DNA from: the human T2T-CHM13v2.0 reference genome, Homo sapiens
DNA: 64,000 bases
NCBI RefSeq assembly: GCF_009914755.1
Contig: NC_060938.1
Strand: one strand, 5' to 3'
The notes beneath the pieces are model-generated. The model was not told the DNA's origin. It worked only from the letters and a program-made list of their open reading frames with translations, and searched no databases. This document shows positions 1-15,112 of this stretch, piece after piece. The translations under genes and the position numbers were made by a program. How positions within the stretch are numbered: the first letter of the stretch is position 1; each line of letters opens with the position of its first letter.

Positions 1-26
1 GGAGGGGCTTAAGGGATGTAGGTAAC

Positions 27-761
<735 letters not shown>

Positions 762-1239
762 TAGAAGAATGCTTTGGAACATTTGGACCTGAGCTAAATG
801 CAAATTCGGAGAAGAATAGCATGATGCAGGGAAGACTTGGTATACTCATGCTTACTAAGAGAGTCTTCTAATGAAGGAGGTGTTACCCTCTCCAAATGGA
901 ATCATAAGTATTCTTAACCCACAGAGCAGTTTCTGAACTATACTCACACAGCAGACTAATTCTGTGGGATGCTAGTAAGTATTGCATGAAAACAGAATTT
1001 GATGGTCAGGAAAATGAGTTGATGGGTTAAACAGATCTTTCTAATGCAAGATATCTCATAACATTTAGATACTGTGGGATTAAATTCATATACCACAATT
1101 CAAATGTGCAAAAATAGAACTTTGAGTGCTTGTTATAGCTTAATCTTGTATTATTCTTGTAGCAGGTTTTAGTTAGGGGTTAAAGTGATGTTCAGAAAAT
1201 GAAATTAAATGATGCAGAATCCTGTCTGAGAGGCATGTC

Positions 1240-2960
1240 TTGAAAATGTAGTATGCCTGAGTTCCCAGGTGAATGAGGAAATGGATTTGGTAAATATCAA
1301 CCCAATCACTGGCATAGTCTGCCCTTTTAGGCACCATATATCTTTACCCTTCTCACATGCATAGAATGCACACCTTTTTCCCAAATGAGATAAATCAAAT
1401 TCCTATCCAGTCACTACCTTCTACTCAAAGTCCACAACCTCTGAGTAACCACACACTGCTTCATCAAGCTCAAATGTGACTCCTCCTGACACAGTATACA
1501 AGAAGGCAAATGATCTGTACCTTCCCACTCTATGATGGCAAATGGTAGAAAAAAGACAGGGTAACTATGATTGATACGCGCATCTGAAAAACAGAATTAT
1601 GGGAGACACATAGTGGTCATTAGCCCACAGCAAGATGAACCTGTTCCAGGCTGGCATCATGAGGTGCCTGTGCCCTAATGGTGGAGGAAGGTCCTGATTA
1701 GATCCTGATCCTGCTCTCTGGAAATAACTCTCTTGTCTATTGTTCTTTGTGACCCATGATCTCACTCTCCAGAAAGTTTTTTTCCTCCATTCTTCTATAT
1801 GCCCATACCTGAGGTGGTGGTTTATAAGTGTCTTTCCTTTTGGTGATCTGTAGCTTTCACAGTTGACTTCTTGATACTGTAAGTCTGGGAATGTAAAAGT
1901 TGTGTTAATGATGAATCAGTCAGTAGTTTCTGTAATTCTTTAACTCAGGTTCATGGAGCTTTTGGAAATACCTTTAAATAACAGACTTTGTATCTATTTG
2001 TTTCTACTTGGTACCTTATGCCAGTGACTAAACCCACATTTTTTCTATACATTTTTCTGAAAGTTCCCTCCTTCCCTCCCTCATTTCCTTCCTCCCTCTC
2101 TCCCTCTCTCCCTCCCTTCTTCCTTCCTTCCTTCCCTCCTTCCTTCATTTCTTCCCTCCCTTTCTTTCTTCCCTTTTTCCTTCCCTCCTTATTTCCTCTC
2201 TTCTTTCCCTCCTTCTTTCCTTTCTTTCTTTCTTTTATCTTTATGAACATCTTCTTTGGTATAATATAGGTAGCTGGAGACTACCTGAAATAATAGGTAA
2301 GAGGCCTATGCATTTAATTTTAGTTTTTCTAAGGAAAAAATATGAGAAGTTATTGAAGGCATTTGTCATTGTCTTTATATCCTACAGTTTAGGATCTAGA
2401 AGTGATTTGTATTTCTGATGTCGAGGCCCTAAACTTCTAGACTCATTCTATGCTCTTTAACTCTGCTTACCAGATGGTCAATTCTTTTTTGGATTAGCAT
2501 TTCTAATAATACCTTGTTATAAGCAAAAATAAAATAAAAACAATATGACACAGACACCTTACAACCCCATGTCTAAGAACATAAACTCATAGATAAGTAA
2601 TTTTTCTTATAGATGTTAATTTCTTGTGTTTTGACACCACATACCATGGCTGTTCATCTTTTCAGGCTCCAAAACCAATGCCCTTGCTTTCTGTCACCTA
2701 ACCACTAAGTCAGGGATACAATTTCAAGTTTTTAGTTATGGCAATATTCCACTACTTCTAGGTACTAATTTCTCTGTGAAGTACCCTAGGTACTATAATA
2801 GATACACCCCAAAATCTAAGTGGATTAATAAGTATAAGTCAATGCATCTCGTAAATTCCAAAACAGGTGACTATGAACAATATGTCTCCTTCAGATAGTG
2901 ATTCCAGGATTCTATTAGCTTCCACACACACATTCCAAGGAAAGAACACAGTCAATTAGG
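1240..2960 (-). mobile_element. Highly diverged MLT1 LTR and internal remnants
   Basis: LTR-like gaaaatgtagt...gaggaaatggatttggt near 1240-1320; internal/LTR junction-like ccactacttctaggtactaatttct near 2750-2773, resembling the THE1 junction at 29248-29272. Confidence 0.35.
2063..2237. repeat. Polypyrimidine (CT-rich) low-complexity tract
   Basis: ~175 bp almost entirely C/T, made of cctt/ccct/cttt units. Confidence 0.95.
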
Positions 2961-2965
2961 CATGG

Positions 2966-3097
2966 CATGCTTTTATGAACTAGGCCTAGAAGTTGAGTAT
3001 TTATTCATGCTTTTATGAACTAGGCCTAGAAGTTGGCCTAGAAGTTGAGTATTTATTCATGCTTTTATGAACTAGCCTAGAAGTTGAGTATTATTCA
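2966..3097. repeat. 40-bp tandem repeat, ~3 copies
   Basis: Unit catgcttttatgaactaggcctagaagttgagtatttatt starts at 2966, 3006 and 3058; copy 2 has an internal 12-bp duplication gcctagaagttg. Confidence 0.95.
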
Positions 3098-3117
3098 GCT
3101 CAGGATTACTCAGCTTG

Positions 3118-3502
3118 GTATTAGTCAGCTATAACAAAATACCATACCCTGGATGTCTTAAATAACAGAAATTTATTTTCTCATGGTTTGGGTGGCTGGA
3201 AGTCCGAAATCAGAATGCTGGTGTGTTGAGGTCTGATGAGAGCTCTTTCCCTTGTTTGCAGATGGCCACCTTCTCACTCACTGTGTTCTCACTTAGTGGA
3301 AAGAGACAGAGAGAGAGAGAGAGAAAAAAAAAATAAATATCTTTCTTTTCTTATAAGGCCATAGTTCTATCAGATTAGGGCCCATCCTTATGATCTCATT
3401 TAATCTTAATTACCTTTTAAATATCCTATCCTTAGATAGAATCACTTTGAGAGTTAGAGCTTCAATACATCAATTTGGGAGAGACATAATTCAGTCCATT
3501 GC
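3118..3502 (-). mobile_element. MaLR solo LTR, MLT1A/B-like
   Basis: gtattagtcagctataacaaaataccata...ggctggaagtcc...gacataattcagtccattgca. Confidence 0.75.
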
Positions 3503-6500
3503 AAGTGGCAAACATGAAGATTGTTTACGTTCAAGAAAAATAGTATCTCCATTATTAAGTCATGGATTTTATAACTTCCTTCAGCGAGCTCCTGTAAAAA
3601 TGTATGTTATCACAGGTATGGTCAAATAAGAATATATTCCACAAGAACTAAAAAAAATAATGTATAGGAGTCACTGACATGTAATATTTAATTGATATAT
3701 TTTTCAATGTACTTTTCTTACTTTTAGTTTCCCCAAAAGCAGATACCGAGGCAAGAATTTTGGAACAAAGATTTGGTGAAGAATTTAGGTTGGCATGTAA
3801 AATACCTCCTGAAATAAAAGAAACCAGCTATATAACATAAACAAACAGAGTTGTATTTACTTACAGCACCAAGAGAAAACATTACATAGACAACTTTGAA
3901 GTGGGGTATCATTAGGGAAATGAGTGTACAATATTTATGACTTTATGGGTTGAACTCGAAGGATTTTTGTGTGTGACATCAGAAGGAGATAAGATTTTAT
4001 ATTGATCAATTTTTCAGAACAGTCTAGTGCAATCTAGCAAGGATCTGAGCAAAGAAGAATGTGTAATCAAGTCACAAGACCTTTTGTGATAATTGCATAA
4101 CTCATAAGAGTGATTTTTAAATTCCCAGAATTGCATAACCAATGGGAGTGGTTGTTTTGGTTCTCCCACAGAAAGAAGGAAAGCCGCACAAATGGACAGA
4201 AAGGAGATGAGGCTTTGTGCTCACAAAGGTGACTGCTGCTGTGGCTTTGCTGTGGCTTTTAGGGAATGTCAGATGTGACCTGCTTCAATGATGTGTATTC
4301 AGTAGGGTCGCACAGCCTGAGGACCTATCGAGAGCATTGTATTCAATGTAGCACGTAACATGGCTAGAGTTGTAATAACTCAGGTCTTTTCACTGAAAGG
4401 AGGTGCTTACACAGGACGCTCATACAGAACCTCTTTTGTCTGATGTGGGCCATCTCTCTGCCTCTGACATGCAGGGGCTGCGTGGAAGGGATCAGACTCA
4501 AGAGGATCCTCCCTTTAGAGAGCTCCACCAGGTGTTCCAACATGGCCACAGGGAGGGAGCTGAATCCCCTGAAATCTGCCACCAGTTAACCATAGAATCG
4601 ATGTCTTGCTCTTAGGAAGCTCTGAGATTTCTCCATGTCTGCCTAAGTATTAGATATACTAATCCATGCTAACCCAATTTGGCTTTGAGAGAAATAGTTT
4701 TGTCATAATGTATCATTTTAAAATTTAAAAAGAAAAAAAATAAAGCTGACCATGTCACGTAGAGGAGTGGCTTGTTGATCTGACACTATATAAAGTTTTG
4801 GGAAGCAATCATAGAGCACCTTAAAACCAGTTTTTGAGCAGAATTTCTAGAAGCTGGTTTAGAACTGCACAGCTATGGATACAATTGATGGAAAACAGAA
4901 AAGGATACTACACATGCAGAAATGTTACCAGAAATCCTGAGAGCCTTAGGGTACCCTAAGGAATTTGAATATTGCACTCCATTTACATGAACAGTGAAAG
5001 CTAATTTCACTGGAATTTTTTTTCTGCCTTACGTTTACTGAGTGTCCGAGGATGTGTGCTTTTCGCAGTGTCAATTTTATGATGCTCTAAGATTGAGCAG
5101 ACATCAGACATCTGCACAGGGTACTGGGTTTCAAGTTGTGTCGTCTTGGTATAAGTTCAGTTTTCTGAATGTAAACCTATTTTCACTGCCATTTCTAAAA
5201 CTCCAGTAGATTTCTGGATATTGTAAGGATATTGAATACATGTATACTTGTGTAAATTTCATAGTGTTTTACTTTGAGGTGAAAGTTTTGTTACAGTTTA
5301 CAAAAGATATTTTCCTATTCCAACCTCAAGGCTATTTTGGGACCTATAAAGAAATGTGACCCTTAGTAGTTTCAATTCTTGATATTCAGAAGGGTAATAA
5401 TCCTTAAGTTAAATATCATACAATATTATACAACAGAAAGAACATGTTTTTCTCTTTTAACTTCTAACAATTTCCATATCTAATGTTTAAAAAGCATTTA
5501 AAAACAATTTGATAATGTAAAAATGTGAGGAAATTGTGGCTAAAGAGTTAAAAATTCACTTGCAAAATAAACACACTCTATAGTTAAGAAAAAAAAGTAG
5601 TTTAATGCATAGGTTATCCACCCAGAGGCAAAGAAACTTGTATCTGCTCCTATCTCTTATTGGTGAAGGACAGCTTCTAGGGTATTAGCTTCCTGGAAAT
5701 TGACTGTCTCTCTTCCTGCTCTTGCAGGCTAAGGAGACAAGAAGACATTCTGAGGTACAGAGATACAGAATCCACAGATATGTATGGTAACTCTCCCCAT
5801 TTTATGTCCAAATTAGACTGGGCACCCATAGCATTTGCTATAGTATTAAAAGATGATTCTAGAAGAGTAAAAACAACTTAGTTTTTAATTATATACTTAC
5901 ATTTTATATTTCCTCTTCAGTGCCTAATTTGTAAAAATAAATTGTACCAATTCAGGGTGAGAAATTATTTTGTAGTGATCACAAAAATTGTGGAATGGAG
6001 GGATAATAACATCTCAGTTTTAGCTAATGATACCTTTTACTGTATGCTTTCTAAAGCGTTAAGTATGGCAAAACACACTTCCAGGCTGTATATTCTAATG
6101 CTTCATCTATCGAGAGGACTAAGTTTGAACAGATCCTAAACATTAGTTTACCATGCTTGTCAAGTATATGTCTAGAGGTTAGTCCACAGTAGAAACACTA
6201 ACTTGCCATTCCACATGTGAGTGAATTTTATTTTGCTACATTGAAAAGAAATCTGGAAAATTATTTTTTAGAAACAAGAGGGAAAATGAGAAAAATATTC
6301 CAAACAGAAGCATCAAAAATGAGGCAGAATAATTTTACTAATCCTTTTTATTTTAATCTTGAAAAAGAACATTAAAATCTAAAGTAAAAAGCAGGACTAA
6401 AAAGTGCTAATAGTTGAAAAACATAGAAGTGCACTGGTTATAATTATTGGTATTGTTGATTGAATACAGTTTTGCTCTGGATTAATTACATGGAAATTTC

Positions 6501-7765
6501 GCATAGTTGCTCTGTGAGATAATGTCAGTGGAATACCATGGACAGAAAACCTTGAGTAATCACATTGCACAGACATTCCATTATAGATGTACTACATAAA
6601 TATTTCCCAGGTTGCACTGGACAGCTGAGATATAAAATTTGAAAATCAGTCTCAGATTATGCTTAAGAGGGAAAAGCAAATACTGAATCAAACGAAGTCT
6701 TGAAAGTTAGGGGAAGAAAGGCTGATTCTCAAATGACTAACCCTCAGTTCAACAATGAGGATTTTGACATAAAGACATGGTTAAAAACAAAAAAGTATAT
6801 TTTGCAAGCATTTTACAAATAGAATCTATGAAATAAAAGGTCATATGTCAGAAAAGTGGGCTGATATTTTGTCAATGCAAAGACAAAAGTTAAAGAATAA
6901 GTCTTAGTAATAAATGGAATCAAATAATAAACAGGCAAATCTGAAAAATTCTTAATTTCATATGATTCTAAAGATTGGTCTAAAGCTTGTGTGTAATCAT
7001 AATTACCTTCATTGAGGGAATCCTCCATTGCAGAACTCCCATTAACACTAAAAAAACTTGACTATATCATTAAGATATGAAATATCCTGTGGAAGAGTCA
7101 ACCAGAGGGAGAATTAGCACAAGAATATAAAAAGATCCCCCTCAAATATTTCCTTCTTCATACATAGGGATAAAAGTGGAGTCGAAATTTTAAAAGAAAT
7201 AATAACATCACATAATTAAATCTTCCGTATAACATGTTGCATGGTGCACTCTTGAGGTTCTCTGAAAAGGTATATATTTTTTCAGAATTATAATTATAAA
7301 TGGGAATTTGAAGCAGTCATGACAAATGGAGAAAAACAAGATAAGAAAACTAAATTAACTATGTTATTAATTACGTTATTTACCTGTAATTATAATTTTT
7401 CCACTAGTAGAAACATCACTGAAACAATTTCCTAAGTGTTTTTTCCCTAGTTTTCTACGTGCTATGTAGGAATATTGAGCAGTTCGTAGACCCACGTTTC
7501 AACCAATTTCAAGATTTTAAATTTCTGAATAGCTGGCATATATTTGCTTTAAGCCCTGTCACAATTTCCATTATTTTTAAACTTTTTGTTTTGGAATTTT
7601 AAAATCATATATAAAAGTGTAGTTTGGCATACTATAACTTCCCTTTGTATATCTAGCTCTAACAGATATCAATATTTTTCCAGTCTTGTTTAATCTGACT
7701 CATTCTTCACTTTTAAAATTATCTGGGTATTTTGTTAAATATTTCACAAAACAGAAAAACTACAT

Positions 7766-8317
7766 TGTGATAGTTAATCTTATGTCTCAATTTGACTGGG
7801 CCATGGGATGCTGATATCTGGCTAAACATTGTTTATGGGTGTGTCTATGATGGTGATTCAGAAAGAGATTGGCATTTGAATTGGTAGACTGAGTAAGGCA
7901 CATTGGTCTTCCCAATGTGAGTTGTCATCATTCTATTTGTTGAGGGTCTGAATGGAAAAAAAGTTGGAGAGAGGTTGAATTTCCTCTCTGCCTGACTGCT
8001 TGAGCTGAGGCATTGATCTCTTGCTTCTACGTTCCTGGTTCTCAGGGCTTCTGACAAGAACTGTTATCTACATAGTGCCTTTTTGGCTCTCAGGCCTTGT
8101 AATTACACCACCAGTTTTCCTGGGTCTTCAGCTTGCAGATGGCAGATGGTGGGATTCCTTGGTCTCCATAATCACATGAGCCAATAACTTATAATAAATC
8201 ATATATATATAGACATATGTGTGTGCATATATATGTGCATATATACATACATGCACATATATATACATACATGCATATATATATACATGCATGCATATAT
8301 ATATACACATACATACA

Positions 8318-8361
<44 letters not shown>

Positions 8362-8395
8362 CTATTGGTTGTGTTGGAAAATCCTAACTAATGCA
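7766..8395 (+). mobile_element. ERVL solo LTR, MLT2 family
   Basis: Starts tgtgatagttaatcttatgtctcaatttgactgggcca and ends aatcctaactaatgca; near-perfect 5-bp TSD tacat/cacat; internal TA tract typical of MLT2. Confidence 0.85.
8201..8358. repeat. (TA)n/(TACA)n compound microsatellite inside MLT2
   Basis: Mixed TA/CA/TG repeats ending in a pure (AT)n run at 8321-8358. Confidence 0.95.
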
Positions 8396-8789
8396 CACAT
8401 GATATAAATTTTTAGCTTTATGAATAATTTAAATAGAAGAAATCTTCTTTCTACCATTACATGTCAGGAGATAGAACCTCGGCAGCCATTCTGCATGCTT
8501 TCCTCATGACGCCTTGCAAACAAAAAATTCTTTTCTCCTAATAGAAATGACTTTTCTGACTTTTATAGCAATCAATTTTTTGCTTCTTTTCACAGTTTTG
8601 TCACCAATTATGAATGTTTATGTTTTGGTTTTGCCTATTCTTTAAATGTATAATTTAAATCTCTTTTACTACATATGGTATTCTTTTACCTTGCAATTTA
8701 TTTGTTGAAAAGAAATCATATTGTTTATCCTGTAGAGTTTTCATGATTTGGATTTTGCTTATTGTGTTCCCAAAATGAACTATAGCACA

Positions 8790-9590
8790 GTCCCAGAAAA
8801 GACCTAGAAATAATGATCAAGCCAGTAGCAATAGATAACCTTACCAGCAATCAAGTGATTATCTTGGAAAATCATTTTAAACTAAAACAAGCCAGGATTT
8901 TATAGAATAATGAGTAACATTAGATCTGGGTCATGAAATATGCAAGATGATCTTGGGTCATCTTTCATTACAAGATTACAAGGAAGCTATCAGATACTAT
9001 TAAAGTCATGTCAAAATGACTTTGGAGTCATCTTAAAGGAGCTCCCTCTGGTCCAAGATGGAATTAAATGAGTATCAGTAGAGACAATAATTTTAATATA
9101 TTTGAACTCATCAATTCTGTTTAAATTCCATTTATTCATAATAATACCCACCCCTGCCTGACAAAATCTAGTGGATCCCTTTGGATGATACTATGGAACC
9201 CACTCTTTATGTTGAAAGTGATAAGTGAAGGAAAAGAAGCTAACATTTTTCATATCTTTTCTATACAAATTACACAATTCATGACCAATTCGTGAATGTG
9301 AAGAAGTTTCTGTCAGTTATAAATAGAAACTTCCTCACATGTACTAATTAGTTCTAAATTTACTAATTGGTCACAAATGGGAAGAAGAAATAATACCATT
9401 TGCAATCCCTTGTTTTGAATATCAGTGGGTCTAACATTCCACAGGAGAGACAACCAGACATTACGTGCCACTTGATGAAAGACACAACGCCATCTATGAA
9501 ACAGTCTTGCCAAAAAAATCAAACCTCAGTATGATCATGCCTCGAGACTCATCAACCAATTTACAGGAAATCCCAAAGGCAGAGGAATAT
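8790..9590 (+). mobile_element. Old L1M (L1MC/MD-like) 3' region fragment
   Basis: ccagaaaagacctagaaataatgatcaagccagtagcaat and acaaccagacatta...gtcttgccaaaaaaatcaaacct motifs recalled from old L1 3' UTRs. Confidence 0.45.
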
Positions 9591-10965
9591 TCCTAATGCA
9601 AAATGTCTCCTTTTTTGCTAAGAACCATCATTTTCTTTCATTTCTTACTCATCATTTCTTTAACAAGCACGAACATTGGCTTTCTTTTAAAAGACATTTT
9701 CAGAAAAATAAGGCTTTGTTTTCTTACTTTGTACAAGGTATTACATAAAGTAAAATAGGGAATAGCAATACCTCCTTGAGTTGTGGTTGCAATGTAGTCG
9801 GCCAGGCTCATTCATTAGCTGTATTACTCACCAGCCTTTCAAAATACTTGGTTTAAATGTGTGCCATAGTTCAGTTATAAATTGCTACAGGTCATGGACC
9901 TCTGAAATCATACTTTATTAGCAGAAACTACAAATAATTCAACAAATTTAATTGGTCTTAGTTAATATGTGCTATAGTTATAAGGCCAAAGAAGCATAGT
10001 ATCATGTGTGTTAATGAGTCTTGTCCTCCATCTTATAAGCAAAATCTGAGTGAATTCATCACTTGGAGTAGGTCATTGTTAATTAATCTCATGGACACGG
10101 GAAAAAAAAGAAATATATTTTTAAAAATAGTCTATGTGGAGGTACATATTATTGCAGTGAATCAAAATTTAGAATTAACCAGGTTTTCCCTTAACACTTT
10201 CTTATTGCCTGCTCTATTTATACTCATGTGAACTTCATCTTTGGAATTTCTTTTAAGAAGACCAAAAAAAAAAAAAAAACCATAATATTTTTAGGTCTAC
10301 ATTCCAAAATACTCAAAGCAGAGATATTATTCATAAGGAAAAACTTGTGATTTTCAAGAGACAGTATTTGACATTCAAAATTCTAAGTTTTAAAGGGATG
10401 AAGGCATAAAAGTTTAAACCATAAGTAGCAGATTGGAAACATTAAAAGAATCATCTTTTTTCCTCCTTGTCTCTTCCTATCCTCAGTTTAACAAACTGAT
10501 GAATGAAATTTCATTCTAAACAAAGTAAATACTTGCATAATATTCTATCCAAAGAAATTGAGTTATATATCTTAATATACAAACACTGAGCTATTCCTGT
10601 AAATGTCAAAGACAACTCTACTTCACTTTCTGGAATAACCATGATCCTACAATTCTACATATAAAACAACTCTTTTTATTTTAAAAAATGAATTTGGTAA
10701 ACAGCCATTTAAACATATTAAAGCAAGTATTTTTAACATTACAATAATAATAAATGAAAAATATAGTTCATATATTTTAAAATTTAAATATTAATTAGCT
10801 TAAATGTAAGAGCTGAAGGACTAAAGACAGTTTTTTTTTTTAATGGGCTAAAAGAACTTTTGTTAGTGATGATCGAAGGCAATTTGTTTTCATTCAAGAA
10901 AACACAAAACTGACAGAGGCAAATACACACATTCGAACACATACATACACACCCATTCAGCCATA

Positions 10966-10972
<7 letters not shown>

Positions 10973-11006
<34 letters not shown>
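10973..11006. repeat. (CA)17 microsatellite
   Basis: Perfect CA run. Confidence 0.97.
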
Positions 11007-11008
<2 letters not shown>

Positions 11009-11914
11009 TGGGGTATCTCGAAGAAAATGTAAATACCTTGGTTTCAGAAAAGATGGGAATCAGGGAAACTCTGAGTACATTCTCAGCAAAAATTTGTGAA
11101 ATTTCTCTTTAGGATCTTGCCCCACCTTGCAATTCCTTCTGTCTCTTTGTGCAAATTCTCATAAGCCAGAGACGATCTGATCCACAACTGACCAACCCAT
11201 TGATTCTTCTTTCTTAGTCAAGGTTTATCTCTGCTCCAATCAGTGTTGGCTAAAGGAGCAGAATCTCATAATATTAACAGGGTGTCAAGTGCTCAACCCA
11301 CATAATATATTTTACCACCACACTCAGAATTCCTTTTGGTGATGCAGATAGTTTTCAGAGAACAAGTTATGATTTGGTAAAACTAGTTCTGAAAGTTCTC
11401 ATTAGTAAAACCTTATTATATGTCTATCTTTATTTTGTCATTATATTTTTATTTTACCTTATTAACACATTTAAATGTCAGTGATTACATCAAACTATAG
11501 TTAATTTTTCACCTATATTTTTATTCTTTTACATAATGAGGAACTTCATTAGAATTAGCTTTCACTTATTTTTGTATTTTCACAACTTAGAGACTGACAC
11601 ATAATTGTTAGTCATGGTAAATATATCTTTAATGAGTGAGTAATTTTTATAAAATGAAAAATAGATATTGAAAAAATTAATTTTCAAGGTCTACTGTGAT
11701 ATAGTATACAGTACTTATATCATTCCACATACTCTTATTACAATTTAACTAACCTCCTCTGGAATATTTCAGCTAGTGTTTGTAACTGCTCCAACCAATG
11801 AAAAAAGGAATAAATGAAGCTATGTAATTTCATCCAATTCTAAGTAATTTAAAAAGTAGAACTTCAAGATTCTCTCTCCTTCTTATGATGCTTTCCTTAC
11901 ACAACAGTTACTTG

Positions 11915-12200
11915 TTGTAAGAAAGCCCAGGGCATACAGACAGAATATGTGTGGATAATCCAGATAGCGCCAACTTAAGTCTCAGCTAACAGCCAAACAT
12001 GTAAATTAAGTAAGGCTTCATATGAGCCCAGCCCCTGGCCTTTCAATCCTCGAGCTGAAACCCCAGACAATGTTGAATATAGAAAAGCATCCCTACAGTG
12101 TTCTGGCTGAGTTCCTGACGCACACAAACCATGAGAGATAATAAATTATTATCATTGTTTTAAGTCACTAAGGTTAGGATAAATGTTAAACAGTAATAAA
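11915..12200 (+). mobile_element. Old MLT1 LTR 3' part
   Basis: gagttcctgacgcacacaaaccatgagagataataaat...tgttttaagtcactaag resembles an MLT1G/H 3' end. Confidence 0.55.
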
Positions 12201-14949
12201 TGAATGCTTCTATATTTAAGGGAAGACATAGATATTAATATTAGGTGAATATGTGGATCTCCACAATGTAGCACAGTGCCTAGTAGAAAAAGAGCTAGAA
12301 ATATATGGAGTTAAATAATGAATAATAAAACAAATAAATTTGCATAAGTCCATTACATATCAAGAATTTTCTTGCATGTGAAGCAATATACCTAATTATT
12401 ACATAGCTCTATTCATCTTTAAGTCCTTGTTTTTGTTGTGATTATTATTTAATTCAATAATTCTGCATTTCTTATACCCATTCACTTTTTTCTCCCCACT
12501 GATGCTATATATAAAACACATTCTAATTTATTTTATATTACAGCACTTGAATTAGTAAAGACTGTCATTTGTATCGCTTCTAAACCCCCTCATTTTCTAT
12601 GGCAAATATACCAATTTTTTCAATTTTCTTTATATTACGTAGGCTTTTGTCTTTCATCTATTCCTGTCATATCTTGTCAGATGATAGTGCTTGAATTTTT
12701 AAAATATACAATTAAGTTTAGATATCAAATTGAACTGAATATTTACAGCATACATTGACTAACAGAAAGAATATGGGGATTATTAGCCACGTTGTCATAT
12801 GAGCTGCATTACATCAGTTTACTCTAGTTCCATGTTAAACATTAGTATGCATGATGTCAAAGGTTCAAGTTGAGCTTGCCATCAAATAACAACTTCACAC
12901 ACCTTCTTCAGGTTCTTCTTCAGGCTCTTCTGTACTTTGTGAGCTATTGTGAAGGATTCCGGCAGGGCTTTTTATTATATGTGATTCTGATTTATAGCCT
13001 GCAATATCTTCTTTAAATTATTGTAAGTATCTTCACACAATGTTACCTTTCACTTTGATGTTCAGGACATCAATACAGTTTTATGAACGTCATCAAAGTA
13101 AACGACAAAATTGTAAGTAGGGCTCGGACTCGGTGATGAAAGAGACTTATGATATAATTAACTTTCCCTTCCAATTGATATTGACTAGTTACACTATTTG
13201 GCATGTCTAGGCAAACCTATACATTTCTCTAGTTGTTTTTCTGCAGACCTGTCTTCTTTTACACATCCATGGGAGTATTTTGTAAAAATTAGTAAATGAC
13301 TTTATAAAAGGAGGTACCTTATAACTACAGAATTCCTTTGCTGTACTGTTCCAACACATTTTTTAAAAATGAATTTATTTTGGACTGTTTTACTCCCAGT
13401 AAATTCCTGCTGGTCCTTAATGTCCATAACTGTCTTCACTATGTGTTTACAATTAGTCTTTTAAGAATATACATATATATCTTTTATATATCTCTCAAGA
13501 GATCAATATGAGGGTCTCTGGCACATATTTTTACATCTACCTAGTTTCTGTATCACAAATACCACTAATATATTTGCATCTTTTTAGCTTACTAATGCCC
13601 CTCTAGTTTTCCATGATGTCTAAAGAATCAGTAAGGATACAAAGTTATATCTGCAAATTTTCCCCACACTATAGATTATCGTTTGAATGTACTCAGTGAG
13701 TTGAATTCATTCAGAGCATTTAGATGGCTTTAATAATTTCCCCACACACGTTTTTGTTTTAATATATTCTTTCTAATAGTTACTTTAGCATAATAGTATG
13801 CACTCCAAATATACTTAGTGAATGAATACATAAATTCATTGCATTAACTGATTTAAATCTCCTTTAAAAAATCCCTCAAAAATGGATATGAAATTTGTGG
13901 TTAAATTGATGGGGAAATTCTGAAGTATTCATGGAAACTTCCATGCCACCATTTGAAACATTTCTATTGCTTATTCACATGTTTAAGAATTTTTCTCTAT
14001 TTTTGTAATCTCTTATAGCTACTGATATTAAGTGATGAAGATAATTTTAGCACAAGAAAAAAATAATAAATCTTTTTAAACTAAGTTCTACTTGACTAGC
14101 AAGCTCAATTTAATTTAAAATCTCTAAATGAAATGTCCTAATAAAATTAAGGACTCATTAAGAAGAAGTTACTCAGTGGATCAAATAGATTATTTATTTA
14201 TAAGGTTTAATTCTTCAATTTTTTACATATTTGTCATGGAGCACACTACAATACTTTTGCTTTATTTTTACACTATAGGTGAACATGAGAGGGAGAAAAA
14301 AAAGATGGTATCCATTTATTATAACAGGCTTTCCATCACCCCCAGGGGAAGGCCATGCATTTATTGCCTCCATTTCTTTTACTCTGTCAGACCCAGTCAC
14401 AATGAGGGATTTCAAACAGTTCAAGAACCTTCTGTGCCACAAGCCAAGGCCTTGGGGGTGTTTAATAGAAATAGATAGAATAATCAATGAGTAAATGTAC
14501 ACAAAACAGTGACAAAATATGAAGGCTGAAGTATTTATGGGCAACTTTTTCTTTGTAATCAAGTATTAAATACTGATCTGTAATCACAAACAGCCAATTC
14601 TTCATACAATTCACCATGGATCCTGAATGCAAACAGTGACATCTTCACAGTGGTTATTCCTTTTATTTAAATGGAGTTCAATATAAATAATTGCAGGCAG
14701 CAGCATGTTGGACCAAACATCAAATAATATTTCCTAAACTTGTGCTGCTTATGCAGGCTAAGGGACATTCAAGTGGTGGCCTCTGCAGCAATCTAACCCC
14801 ACATACAGGGGTCGCTGGCTTGTACTGTTTGAGGACCAGGATACAAGCCCACAGAATAGCTAAATTATATGTGCTCTCAATATTTATGTTAAATCACCTA
14901 CTTAAAATAGAATATTTAGTATTACAGTAAAATAGACATTATGGCAAAA

Positions 14950-15112
14950 CAGGAATAAAAAAGGAAACTTAAGGAAGAAGAGAAGGGAGAAGAGAAGAGA
15001 GGAGAAAGATGGAGGACAAGAGAATGGAAAGGGAGTGAAAAGGAGAATGAAAAAGGAAAATAGAGGGGAAGGGAAAGAAAGGAAAGAGAAAGAAGAGAAT
15101 GGAAGGGAAAAA
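14950..15112. repeat. Polypurine (GA-rich) low-complexity tract
   Basis: Mostly A/G. Confidence 0.85.

Noticed and set aside
1951-2269. K/E/G-rich and F/P/S-rich ORFs
   Set aside because: Produced by the CT-rich low-complexity tract, which lacks stop codons
2966-3097. CRISPR-like repeat array
   Set aside because: Head-to-tail copies without unique spacers, in mammalian DNA
14128-14562. Overlapping 116-aa and 115-aa ORFs on opposite strands
   Set aside because: No recognisable domain or splice structure; compatible with chance
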